Positions 9,444 to 17,355 of a stretch of DNA of 21,607 bases are shown here, in pieces. Every line of letters begins with the position of its first letter. The stretch's first letter is position 1. The notes below the pieces were generated by a model, which was not told the origin of the DNA, made no database searches, and worked only from the letters and a program-made list of their open reading frames with translations. This DNA comes from a virus. The stretch lies in the IMG/VR virus record IMGVR_UViG_3300029622_000040, positions 1-21,607 of that record; one strand, 5' to 3'. The position numbers were made by a program, and so were the translations under genes.

Positions 9444-9937
9444 TTGGCGGAGAAAGTCCAGTAATTATCTTTACATTTCCCTCGGTTGTGTCGGTTGGCG
9501 ATATTGGTGTGCCTCTTCCGGTGCCAATTTATCTGGACGAAGCGACTACTGGCGTAATGTCTGATAACACTACAGATAATGTAAAAATCGAATTGCAGAC
9601 AATTGGCGGCTTAACTTTCCAGCGGCAAGTAATCCAGAGCTTGGATATTTCATTTAGAGTTTTGAAGGATAACGCCGTTGCGACCACCCTTTTGAGTATG
9701 GCCGGCAAAGCCTACGAATTAATTGACGGGAAAGACCCGACAAGTATGCCATATTACATAACTGTTTATTACGATAGCAGTTTCATGCTTAAGGGTTATC
9801 TGGGAAACTTCAAAAAAACAACGGTTGATAACACAAATATGTATCAAGTTGAAATGTCGTTTTGTTCCGTGCCGTCAAAGCAGCTGGCCGGAGAAATTCT
9901 CGATAAAGTCGACAACGTGATTGATGTGCTGGGGTAG
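9440..9937 (+). CDS. Tail or baseplate assembly protein (hypothetical)
   Basis: ATGA overlap with the preceding gene. Sits in the tail morphogenesis block. Confidence 0.3.
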   Translation: MIGGESPVIIFTFPSVVSVGDIGVPLPVPIYLDEATTGVMSDNTTDNVKIELQTIGGLTFQRQVIQSLDISFRVLKDNAVATTLLSMAGKAYELIDGKDPTSMPYYITVYYDSSFMLKGYLGNFKKTTVDNTNMYQVEMSFCSVPSKQLAGEILDKVDNVIDVLG

Positions 9938-9940
9938 AAA

Positions 9941-10204
9941 ATGAAGATTGACGGTTACAAAGTAGCAAACTTAAACGACTTCGACGCTCTCGGCGTACCT
10001 CAAGCGTACTACGAGCTTAATTTCCAGTATCTCGGCAAAATGTCGATGATGATTTGCAAGTGGATAGATTACGGCGTTTTAATAAACGGCGAATTAATTT
10101 TCCCGGGAATAAACGGCGTAAATCCATATGTTGCCAAAAAGAATGCCGTTTGGATAGATGATGACCGCAATGTGTGGTGGGGAGAACTGCCCGATGAAGA
10201 TTGA
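9941..10204 (+). CDS. Small tail protein (hypothetical)
   Basis: Ribosome binding site GGGGTAG. Co-linear with the tail block. Confidence 0.3.
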   Translation: MKIDGYKVANLNDFDALGVPQAYYELNFQYLGKMSMMICKWIDYGVLINGELIFPGINGVNPYVAKKNAVWIDDDRNVWWGELPDED

Positions 10205-10652
10205 ATGTCTAAACGGTTTTTATTATTTTTACCCGGAAAGTGTCGGCGAGCTTTTCAACTGGCAGGAATTAAATGAAGAACTGACATCAATCGGCGACGC
10301 CTATACTTTTCCGAAGCTCGCTAGTTTCCCTGAATATGTTTGGGCTGGACACATTGTTAGCGGCTTGCCGATGATTATGAATTATGCGGGAAAACGCGAA
10401 GAGATATTTAGGCGGAACAACTTAACCTATAACATTGCGTTGGGAACGGTTACGTCATCGCTTGGAGTTTGGGGATTGCTTGATTATGGCGAGGGACTTT
10501 TTATAAGCTCGGATGAACTACCGCAAGCGTATTATTTGGATAAAAACCAGCGCCGAATTAGTGGATTTCTGGCTTTTTGGGATATGGTTCATAACATGTA
10601 TAAGATTGAACAGTTTTACTATAGTAGCGGAGTGTTAGGAGGTTTATTTTGA
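10194..10652 (+). CDS. Tail or baseplate protein (hypothetical)
   Basis: ATG at 10194 with GGGGAGA 9 nt upstream. The track's longer version from 10158 lacks a ribosome binding site. Confidence 0.3.
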   Translation: MKIECLNGFYYFYPESVGELFNWQELNEELTSIGDAYTFPKLASFPEYVWAGHIVSGLPMIMNYAGKREEIFRRNNLTYNIALGTVTSSLGVWGLLDYGEGLFISSDELPQAYYLDKNQRRISGFLAFWDMVHNMYKIEQFYYSSGVLGGLF

Positions 10653-11008
10653 CGGAAGTTTTAGACGCGCAGTGTTTGGCCGGAGCTGTCACGGTTGATA
10701 AGTTGCCAGTGACAAATGTAGAAGTGATTGGCGAGGGTGGCGCAAGTACCGGCGTCGTTATTTTTGACAAAGAAAACGCGGTATATATTCCCAACACATC
10801 GCCAGATATGAAAGAACTAGCTGGGTATGTTAGTGATACACTCATGAAAATTACCAGCCTTTTAACAACGTTAACAACCGGTATCTTGCCGTCTAATGGC
10901 GGCGGCGAAATCGTTTCAGAAACATATTATGCCAGTATCGCAGCAACGCTGGCAGAGGTTCAGGTAGTTCAGGCACAACTTGCTGTTTTTAGGACAATGA
11001 TAAAATGA
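10649..11008 (+). CDS. Baseplate or tail protein (hypothetical), TTG start
   Basis: Perfect AGGAGG 9 nt upstream of TTG 10649. Confidence 0.35.
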   Translation: MTEVLDAQCLAGAVTVDKLPVTNVEVIGEGGASTGVVIFDKENAVYIPNTSPDMKELAGYVSDTLMKITSLLTTLTTGILPSNGGGEIVSETYYASIAATLAEVQVVQAQLAVFRTMIK

Positions 11009-11313
11009 TTGATGTTGAATTTGACGACGACGGCATGCCGTATTTTAATGATACGATAGTTTACAAAGGCTCAAATCTCTTGACTACGCAAGAGGGTACG
11101 CTATACTACAATCAAACGTTCGGGATTGATTTAAAAAGATTTATCGACCCCGACGTCATAATCCAAACGGAGACGTTTAAGGCTTATTCTATTCAGAAAA
11201 TGACTGACAATGGGATAACAGTCACAAATCTGCAAGAACAGGCGGAAACTTTTGAAAGTATTTTTAATTATGTGATTTCAGAAGAAAAAATTGAGGGGTT
11301 GGTTGCACAATGA
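11005..11313 (+). CDS. Baseplate wedge protein, gp25/GpW-like
   Basis: The stretch NLLTTQEGTLYYNQTFGIDLKRFI fits the iLtT..GE....P.FG core of the GPW_gp25 family. Size is 102 aa. ATGA overlaps on both sides. Confidence 0.45.
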   Translation: MIDVEFDDDGMPYFNDTIVYKGSNLLTTQEGTLYYNQTFGIDLKRFIDPDVIIQTETFKAYSIQKMTDNGITVTNLQEQAETFESIFNYVISEEKIEGLVAQ

Positions 11314-12122
11314 ATTTTGACATCGAAAATGGCTACAGCCCGCGCACCAATGAAGATATTTTGTCTGATTTGGTTGACGCGGTTAACACGAATTACAAAA
11401 CCAACTACACGCCCGAAACTTTCGTCGGTACTAATTTACATAAACTTTATTATCCGGGCGTTCAGCTCATTTTGGGCGTTGAAAACGGTATTAGCTCCAT
11501 CGCCGCCAAAATACAAGATTATATTGCTTATATCAACAAAACCATCCAATACCCCAAAAGCTCACCCAACGGAATTATGAATGAGCTAGCTAACAAGCTC
11601 AACGTCATCGCCTCGGTCATGCCGATTAAACAAATCGATGACCGCGGAAAGTGCTATATTGCTTGTGATGTCGATAAAAGCGCAGCGGATTACGCCACCC
11701 TCAAACAAAAAATTATTGACGTTATAGGCACCTGCGCAACGGCTGGATTGGCATACAATGGCACCGAAACGGGCGTCTTTGTCGGAGTAAACGGGCAAGA
11801 GTTCGATATTGCTTTTGAAATCCCGGAAACTGTGACCGTAAATGTGAAAATCGTCGCAACAGTGTCCAGAAACTCCCGCGACTTTATCCCCACGGAGAAT
11901 GTCGTAAGTAACTTATTCACAGAAAAGTTTAATGCCGCCTATCGGCTGGGATTTGACTTTGAGCCAAACGCGTATTTGTGTAAAGATGATTTGACATGGG
12001 CAGCCGACCTATCAGTAACCTATCAAGTCGGCGAGGGTAGCTACACCGACGACGTCTATAAAAGTTTGTACAATCAAAAAATCGTTTTAGGCAACGTTTC
12101 AACCGAGATAGTCGATGAGTAA
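11310..12122 (+). CDS. Baseplate J-like wedge protein
   Basis: A 270-aa protein directly after the gp25-like gene and before a gpI-sized gene, matching the P2 W-J-I order. Confidence 0.35.
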   Translation: MNFDIENGYSPRTNEDILSDLVDAVNTNYKTNYTPETFVGTNLHKLYYPGVQLILGVENGISSIAAKIQDYIAYINKTIQYPKSSPNGIMNELANKLNVIASVMPIKQIDDRGKCYIACDVDKSAADYATLKQKIIDVIGTCATAGLAYNGTETGVFVGVNGQEFDIAFEIPETVTVNVKIVATVSRNSRDFIPTENVVSNLFTEKFNAAYRLGFDFEPNAYLCKDDLTWAADLSVTYQVGEGSYTDDVYKSLYNQKIVLGNVSTEIVDE

Positions 12123-12675
12123 TCCAGTTTATCCATATCAGAAATTCACAGAAAACGACAAAAACGCCAATAGATTTTTGACGACATTTTTGCAGGTGCT
12201 TCAGCCGACGATGGATGATTTGTTTGCTTACTACGAAAACGCCTACAAAACTAAATATCTTGGCACGGTTTTATACGAAAAGCAAATCGTGCCAATTTAC
12301 AACATTCTGGAAAAATCATTATTTGTCGCGACATTTTACAAAATACTTGAGGCCGAGCAAACAATTGGTTCGGTCAATGCTTATTGCGAGATTTTGTATA
12401 GTATATTTGGCTCAAACGCAACAATTACCATTGACAAAATCAACCCATTGCACATAAAAATTGACATCATCGCGAGATATGTTGAATACTTTGTTTGGGT
12501 AGATGAACAAAAACAATTTTATATTACGACCGAGGCCGGCGAGTATCTGGGTTTTACTGCGCTGGTAGCTCAAATTTCAAACCGGCAACTGGCTAATATT
12601 CTGCAAGAAATGACGAATGCCGGAACATTTCTTGAATTTACCTATAAACAAGAAAACCCGACGCAGGAGAGTTAA
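12115..12675 (+). CDS. Baseplate protein, P2 gpI-like by position
   Basis: ATGA overlap. Synteny with the P2-type baseplate order. Confidence 0.3.
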   Translation: MSNPVYPYQKFTENDKNANRFLTTFLQVLQPTMDDLFAYYENAYKTKYLGTVLYEKQIVPIYNILEKSLFVATFYKILEAEQTIGSVNAYCEILYSIFGSNATITIDKINPLHIKIDIIARYVEYFVWVDEQKQFYITTEAGEYLGFTALVAQISNRQLANILQEMTNAGTFLEFTYKQENPTQES

Positions 12676-12679
12676 AAAA

Positions 12680-13204
12680 ATGGCAATAGACCAGATAAAA
12701 ACAATCAATGAATTGGAACGTCTTCCGCAGGTAGAGGACAGCAACGCTTTTGCGGCGTCCACTGGCGGCGCGACCGGCAGCGTAACTGCCAATCAAATAA
12801 TGGAATATATGAAACAATACCTTGAGAGTTTGAGTAATAAGTCAACCACACTCACGGAAAGCGACAGCCAATATCCGACGTGTAACGCGGTGTCAAAGGA
12901 AACAACTCGCATAATAAATATTATGCAGGACAAAGCTTCGGGCTATCCAAATTGGGCGGGTATTTCAAAGCCGGTAAACGCGGTTTTTACTGTAGACGCG
13001 CCGGGGTTGCTTTTCATAGAAAGCACGAATAATAACGCAACTGGTTATGTGACAATTAATGGCTTTCAGATGATTTATGGGTCAGGCAACGGTTACGCTA
13101 GAGACTATTATTGTGTGACTTATTTAGTTGACAGCGGCGATGTCGTGCAAACCACAGACGCCACCGGCAGAGTAATTTTATTTGTGTTTAAGACAAAGGT
13201 GTAA
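12680..13204 (+). CDS. Tail fibre / receptor-binding protein (short, 174 aa)
   Basis: ATG with GGAGAG ribosome binding site. The sequence is rich in S/T/G/N. It is the last structural gene before the assembly protein. Confidence 0.35.
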   Translation: MAIDQIKTINELERLPQVEDSNAFAASTGGATGSVTANQIMEYMKQYLESLSNKSTTLTESDSQYPTCNAVSKETTRIINIMQDKASGYPNWAGISKPVNAVFTVDAPGLLFIESTNNNATGYVTINGFQMIYGSGNGYARDYYCVTYLVDSGDVVQTTDATGRVILFVFKTKV

Positions 13205-13207
13205 AAA

Positions 13208-13552
13208 ATGTTGAGAATAGCTAAAATCGAAGACGAAAACTATAGGCTTTCTGTGGTTGAGACCGAAACGGAATTAACGCCGATGTGGGAAAACCTCGGG
13301 TACTCGCTGATGAAATGTGAAAAAGCTTGGGATGGGAACTATTACCCGATTGGCCGCGCGCCGGTTGAGCCGGCCGCGCACAAAGCGCAACAGCGAATTA
13401 TTGAGCTTAAAACTTATTTGTCGCAGACAGATTATATTTGCATGAAGTTAGCGGAGGGAGCCGCCTCGCCCGAAGAATACGCGGACGTAATCAAGCAACG
13501 CGAGGCCGCCCGGGAAGAAATCAGAGAATTAGAGCCGCTTGTTGGCAATTAA
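13208..13552 (+). CDS. Tail fibre assembly / chaperone-like protein (hypothetical)
   Basis: Position after the fibre gene. Ribosome binding site AAGGTG. Confidence 0.25.
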   Translation: MLRIAKIEDENYRLSVVETETELTPMWENLGYSLMKCEKAWDGNYYPIGRAPVEPAAHKAQQRIIELKTYLSQTDYICMKLAEGAASPEEYADVIKQREAAREEIRELEPLVGN

Positions 13553-13902
13553 GTGGCTCTAAATTTTAAGCCGTAAATGCCATAAATTGCCGTATTTTCT
13601 TTTGATTTTTTTAAGAATGTTGTCGTTGTGCCCTTTGCGTATGGTTCGATGTACCAGTATTTGTAGGTGTCGGCTATACCAATTGGAACGGCGGAAGCTC
13701 TCAACAAATAATCAAGATTTTTTGTTGAAAAAAACCTCGGTATAAGTACACTACCTGAATCAGGTGCGTAGGTTATAATTATAAAAGGAAAATTTGTAAA
13801 TGGTTGATTAAGCGTTATATCCCCACCGGGGTAGAAACCCTCAAATAAAACTTCCTGCTGATAGCTATTATAATTATTTAAATCGCTGATAAAACTATTC
13901 AT
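13549..13902 (-). CDS. Hypothetical protein; a convergent minus-strand gene that looks like a moron
   Basis: ATG at 13902 (MNSFISDL...). Its 3' end overlaps the fibre-assembly gene by 4 nt. It is the only minus-strand gene in the structural half. Confidence 0.35.
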   Translation of the reverse strand: MNSFISDLNNYNSYQQEVLFEGFYPGGDITLNQPFTNFPFIIITYAPDSGSVLIPRFFSTKNLDYLLRASAVPIGIADTYKYWYIEPYAKGTTTTFLKKSKENTAIYGIYGLKFRAT

Positions 13903-13933
13903 AATATTTATTATGAGATAAAAAAATAAGCGG

Positions 13934-13961
13934 TTGACAACCAAACTTAATTGACTATATG
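13934..13961 (+). promoter_or_regulatory. Candidate promoter TTGACA-N16-TATATG for the 14001-15431 operon
   Basis: TTGACA at 13934-13939 and TATATG at 13956-13961, inside a 98-bp divergent intergenic region. Confidence 0.3.
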
Positions 13962-14000
13962 ATTTTAGCAGGAAGTGTCTTTTTGAAAGGAAGATAAAAA

Positions 14001-14390
14001 ATGAGTTTGGAAGATGTAAAAAATGCCAAAAAATCGGAAGTAACTTCACAATTGGTTAGGATGATTGGCGGCGGCTTTCCCATCGACGACACCCACCGCG
14101 TGTTATCAGCGGTAGACCCCGTTTATACTTACATTCTTAACTACTGGCTGACGGCCAGTGTAGACAGCTACGACGTCCCCGTCTACGACAATTTTGGAGA
14201 TGTCACATCTCTGGAGTTTCCCGACAAGATGTCTGCCGAAATGTTCGTGAACAAAATCCATGACTATATTTGTTACTCTGCTATTCGTTCGGCCAGCCTG
14301 AACAAACTAATCGACGCCGCCGAGACCGAAGAAGAAGTCGAAGCGATGAATATTTCACTGGTAAGTTTTGCTGATTTTGTAAATGACTAA
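14001..14390 (+). CDS. Acidic hypothetical protein
   Basis: Ribosome binding site AAAGGAAG. It is the first gene of the post-fibre operon. Confidence 0.4.
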   Translation: MSLEDVKNAKKSEVTSQLVRMIGGGFPIDDTHRVLSAVDPVYTYILNYWLTASVDSYDVPVYDNFGDVTSLEFPDKMSAEMFVNKIHDYICYSAIRSASLNKLIDAAETEEEVEAMNISLVSFADFVND

Positions 14391-14685
14391 AGAAATCGAA
14401 CAGCTCGCGAGAAAAGTGTCGCATAATTACCGCTTGATAATAATTGGCGGCGCTTTTCTTTACAGCTGTTTTCTTTTTTATAACCAGCAGCTCGTAAACA
14501 CTTCGGACATTCACGACCTGAAAAGTAGAATTGATAAATGTGAGCTTAACCAAGCTCGCATTGAAAGCGAAACCGCGCAAACTCTTGCGGACATTAATCG
14601 GCAGCTGATTGGAATTTCAACCGATTTGCAGTTGATAAAAACCAACCTCATTTCCGAGGGTTTAAAGCATGGAGCCAAGAATTGA
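14383..14685 (+). CDS. Single-pass membrane protein with a C-terminal coiled coil (holin or spanin-like candidate)
   Basis: Transmembrane segment LIIIGGAFLYSCFLFY followed by a heptad-like helix. Confidence 0.35.
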   Translation: MTKEIEQLARKVSHNYRLIIIGGAFLYSCFLFYNQQLVNTSDIHDLKSRIDKCELNQARIESETAQTLADINRQLIGISTDLQLIKTNLISEGLKHGAKN

Positions 14686-14876
14686 ACATTTTCATTTACC
14701 GTCCAGACAAAGCCCCAAACCCAAATGTTACGCCTGCCTTGTGCTATACGCCGAGCGGGCAAAATTTTATCGACTGGCAGCGCGAGCAGCAGGAAGTGTT
14801 GACCTATAAAATTGAGCTTGCGAAATCGAAGCAAAACGCCATTCCTGAACACAAAATTTTTGATTATTGGAGGTAA
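14682..14876 (+). CDS. Small hypothetical protein (TTG start)
   Basis: GGAG 7 nt upstream of TTG 14682. Confidence 0.25.
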   Translation: MNIFIYRPDKAPNPNVTPALCYTPSGQNFIDWQREQQEVLTYKIELAKSKQNAIPEHKIFDYWR

Positions 14877-14879
14877 ACA

Positions 14880-15431
14880 ATGTTATCGGCTTTTTTATGG
14901 CGGGTGCGCGGTGGCCTTTTGAAAAAATACATACCAGCAAACAAAATTTGGTATGCGCTGTTTTTCGGTGTTTGTGGTTATTTCCATTTTGGAAACAGCC
15001 TTGAAAAAGCTGTCGTTGGGTTTATTTGCTGCTATGCAAGTTATCAGCTGTATGGCTGGGGATTGTATATCGGCCGGCTGCTGGATGGTGGCAAGCTTAA
15101 CCCTAACCTTGTCCAGTATCGTGAATGTGAATTGATTGATGACTTACTTTATCCGCTGCACGTTACGATAAAAGGGAAAAAAATCTATTTGTACAATTAC
15201 CCGAAATGGTTCGGATTTTGCGGGGTAACGCTGACCGGCCTGATTATTACTTTTTTATGGGGGTTATATTTTGGCAGCTTGTCAATGATGATTGCAGGGC
15301 TTGCTATGGGCGTTTGTTATTGGATTGGGGGCTTGCTTGAAAAACTCTATCCCTTGGGAAAAGCCGGCTGGAATTGGGGCGAGTGGATTTTTGGAGAATA
15401 TTTAGGGGTTTGGCTGGCGTGCATAGTTTAA
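14880..15431 (+). CDS. Polytopic membrane protein (about 4 transmembrane segments). Candidate holin, superinfection exclusion protein or envelope-modifying protein
   Basis: GGAGGT ribosome binding site 5 nt upstream. Four hydrophobic segments rich in W/Y/G. It sits immediately upstream of the lysis promoter. Confidence 0.4.
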   Translation: MLSAFLWRVRGGLLKKYIPANKIWYALFFGVCGYFHFGNSLEKAVVGFICCYASYQLYGWGLYIGRLLDGGKLNPNLVQYRECELIDDLLYPLHVTIKGKKIYLYNYPKWFGFCGVTLTGLIITFLWGLYFGSLSMMIAGLAMGVCYWIGGLLEKLYPLGKAGWNWGEWIFGEYLGVWLACIV

Positions 15432-15451
15432 AAATCGCAATCATCTTTTTA

Positions 15452-15480
15452 TTGATTTTCATTTTGGAAATTTTTATAAT
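15452..15480 (+). promoter_or_regulatory. Promoter TTGATT-17-TATAAT upstream of the endolysin
   Basis: Perfect -10 TATAAT at 15475-15480 with a 17-bp spacer from TTGATT at 15452-15457. Confidence 0.45.
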
Positions 15481-15509
15481 ATTTGTAGAAATTTCAGAAA
15501 GGGTATGAC

Positions 15510-15935
15510 ATGTATCGGTCAAAAGATGTTGATATTCTTGCACGGACGATTTACGGCGAGGCGCGAGGCGAAGCGGAAATCGGCAAGCGAGCAGTGGCGT
15601 CCGTAATTCTAAATCGTTACAAGTCAGGAAAATGGTTCGCAGGCAACACCATCGCCGAAACCTGCCAGTTTTGTGTGAAAGGTTCGAAATACCACCAATT
15701 TTCATGCTGGAACGAAGACGACCCCAATTTTGACTTAATTAACAGAATTTCAGAAAGTGACAAAGTTTTTTGCGAATGTATAGACGTCGCGGAAAAGTAT
15801 GTCGCTGGTGTTTACAAAGATATTGTCTGCGGCGCCTGTCATTATTGTGTCGACGGCACTCATCCGGCTTGGGCAAAAGGGCGAAATCCTGATTTGCAAA
15901 TCGGCCGGCACCTTTTCTATTGCGGTGTAGAATGA
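15510..15935 (+). CDS. Endolysin, SleB/CwlJ-type cell wall hydrolase (Hydrolase_2 family)
   Basis: Family signature motifs ARTIYGEARGE and AVASVILNR. No signal peptide or signal-arrest-release (SAR) domain, so export would be holin-dependent. Confidence 0.8.
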   Translation: MYRSKDVDILARTIYGEARGEAEIGKRAVASVILNRYKSGKWFAGNTIAETCQFCVKGSKYHQFSCWNEDDPNFDLINRISESDKVFCECIDVAEKYVAGVYKDIVCGACHYCVDGTHPAWAKGRNPDLQIGRHLFYCGVE

Positions 15936-16060
15936 AAATCAGTAAAAAAAGAGCGTGGCAAATTGTACTGTTTATTTTGGCTGTGGCTGGAATTTTAGTC
16001 GCAAATGGACAATATGACGCTGCTGTTAAATTGTTTATCGGAGTTCTGGGATGGCTTTAA
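15932..16060 (+). CDS. 42-aa membrane protein (MKISKKRAWQIVLFILAVAGILVANGQYDAAVKLFIGVLGWL). Possible holin/antiholin-like or lysis accessory protein
   Basis: Not in the ORF track because it is under 60 aa. Its ATG overlaps the endolysin stop (ATGA at 15932-15935). It has one clear transmembrane segment and ends inside the i-spanin start. Confidence 0.35.
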   Translation: MKISKKRAWQIVLFILAVAGILVANGQYDAAVKLFIGVLGWL

Positions 16061-16317
16061 AATGGGCGTTAGGCATACTTGCCGCCGGCAATATCGTTTT
16101 TTTTAATCTGTGGATGAATGAAAAAGAAAAAAGAATTGCACAGGAGGTACATTTTTCGACCGTAGAAAGCGAAAGGAAGATAAAGGATGATAAATCTGTT
16201 ATTACTCAAAAAAAAATCGCTGTGCGCCGGGAAAAATGCGCAGAGCCGCAGCCGCAAGATTGCGATTGTCTTAATTATGCTATTTCTGCTGATGTGGTTG
16301 AATGGCTGCGCAGCTAA
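16051..16317 (+). CDS. i-spanin candidate (N-terminal transmembrane segment, periplasmic helix)
   Basis: Transmembrane segment ALKWALGILAAGNIVFFNLW followed by a charged helical domain with C-terminal cysteines. Location immediately after the endolysin. Confidence 0.5.
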   Translation: MALKWALGILAAGNIVFFNLWMNEKEKRIAQEVHFSTVESERKIKDDKSVITQKKIAVRREKCAEPQPQDCDCLNYAISADVVEWLRS

Positions 16318-16408
16318 ACAGGTAAAAACAAAAAACAACTGTATTTATTCGGTTGTGACTTACGGTCAAGCGCTGGACTGCTTAAAAGAACTTCATGAAG
16401 CTCAATAA
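16187..16408 (+). CDS. o-spanin candidate (lipoprotein) in the +1 frame, overlapping the i-spanin
   Basis: Hydrophobic core IAIVLIMLFLLMWL then lipobox-like LNGC. It starts inside the i-spanin gene and extends past it (overlapped spanin architecture). AAGGAAG ribosome binding site. Caveats: the mature part is short and proline-poor, and the N-terminal region is long. Confidence 0.4.
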   Translation: MINLLLLKKKSLCAGKNAQSRSRKIAIVLIMLFLLMWLNGCAAKQVKTKNNCIYSVVTYGQALDCLKELHEAQ

Positions 16409-16436
16409 ACAAAACCCCCACCTTAAAAAAAGTGGG
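16402..16436. terminator. Bidirectional rho-independent terminator
   Basis: An 11-bp stem (AAAACCCCCAC/GTGGGGGTTTT) around a 9-nt loop, with T-runs on both strands. It lies between the convergent lysis operon and the minus-strand RHH gene. Confidence 0.75.
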
Positions 16437-16458
16437 GGTTTTGCCTGGTTAACATACT

Positions 16459-16650
16459 TTAGGAGTGACCTATATTATCGAATTTTTCAGACAAAAAGTC
16501 AAGTGTATATTTTTCACGATAAAATTGAATAAATTCAAGTAGGATAAATTCAATCAAATTGCTTCGCGTCCGATTTTCAAGCATAGCGATTGAATTTAAA
16601 GCTTCCATAGTTTGAGGTTCAACCCGTATGCAATATTGTTGTTTTGCCAT
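16459..16650 (-). CDS. Ribbon-helix-helix (Arc/CopG/MetJ-like) DNA-binding protein
   Basis: N-terminal beta-strand QYCIRVEP followed by two helices. AGGAGA 8 nt upstream of the ATG at 16650. Confidence 0.55.
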   Translation of the reverse strand: MAKQQYCIRVEPQTMEALNSIAMLENRTRSNLIEFILLEFIQFYREKYTLDFLSEKFDNIGHS

Positions 16651-16660
16651 GATATTTCTC

Positions 16661-17320
16661 CTATTTAACAACTGGGGTTAATTTTTCAACAATTTCCAAT
16701 CCCGGAATTTCCCGAACGCCGTTTCGGATGGCCGTGTTTACGGCCTTGGTATCAACCGACAGAAATTCGGCCGGAACTTTCTGAATGTCAACAATTTTGA
16801 AAGTGATATATTTGCGAAATGACGCGGCAGAATTACCAAGAGTGTTATCAATCTTGATTTCAGAATTATCAATAACAGCGTTTACTTTGCTGTCGATAGA
16901 TGAAATAATTGCGGCTTGCGTAACCTCATCATATTGCCCGGCACTTTCGCGCAAAGCCTGCAATTCATCAAGTTTGCGCAACGCTTCTTCTTCGGCCGTC
17001 TTTTGCGCGGCAGAAGCTATCAAATTGAGCTTTTCAAGCTTGAGTTCGGCATAATCGGCAATCTTCGACCGTAAAATCTTTTCAGCTTCGGTTAGAAAAT
17101 CCAGCGCATTTTTGTACTTATCAGAAATTTCTTTTAAGGACGACTTAATCGGTTTTTCTTCTTCGGCTTTCAAAGATTTTACAGTTTTGACATAGCTGTT
17201 AATATTTTTTAACATTTCGCAAGCTTTTAGGTTGTCGCCCTCGTTTGCAATTTCCGAAGCTCGGATTTTCAACAGAAATTCACGCGCTTTTATTTCAACG
17301 GGATTAATTAAATTTGACAT
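16661..17320 (-). CDS. Sipho_Gp157-like coiled-coil protein
   Basis: Long N-terminal coiled coil. The C-terminal segment FRKYITFKIVDIQKVPAEFLSVDTKAVNTAIRNGVREIPGLEI resembles the Gp157 family C-terminus (F..I.K.P...ID...iP.E......D...l..A.k.G.eIPG.el). GGAG ribosome binding site. Start at 17320 (MSNLIN). Confidence 0.45.
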   Translation of the reverse strand: MSNLINPVEIKAREFLLKIRASEIANEGDNLKACEMLKNINSYVKTVKSLKAEEEKPIKSSLKEISDKYKNALDFLTEAEKILRSKIADYAELKLEKLNLIASAAQKTAEEEALRKLDELQALRESAGQYDEVTQAAIISSIDSKVNAVIDNSEIKIDNTLGNSAASFRKYITFKIVDIQKVPAEFLSVDTKAVNTAIRNGVREIPGLEIVEKLTPVVK

Positions 17321-17355
17321 TTTTTTACTCCATAAATTGTTAATGACAAAACACA

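Noticed and set aside
12617-13902. Idea that the fibre, assembly gene and inverted small gene form a Mu G-segment or P1 C-segment-like invertible cassette, or a diversity-generating retroelement target
   Set aside because: No invertase or reverse-transcriptase gene is present anywhere. No flanking inverted repeats were seen. The inverted gene is not followed by an alternative fibre C-terminus.
16785-17054. Plus-strand ORF of 89 aa inside the Gp157-like gene
   Set aside because: It is antisense to a coherent coiled-coil coding sequence. Its S/A/L-rich composition is typical of a shadow frame.
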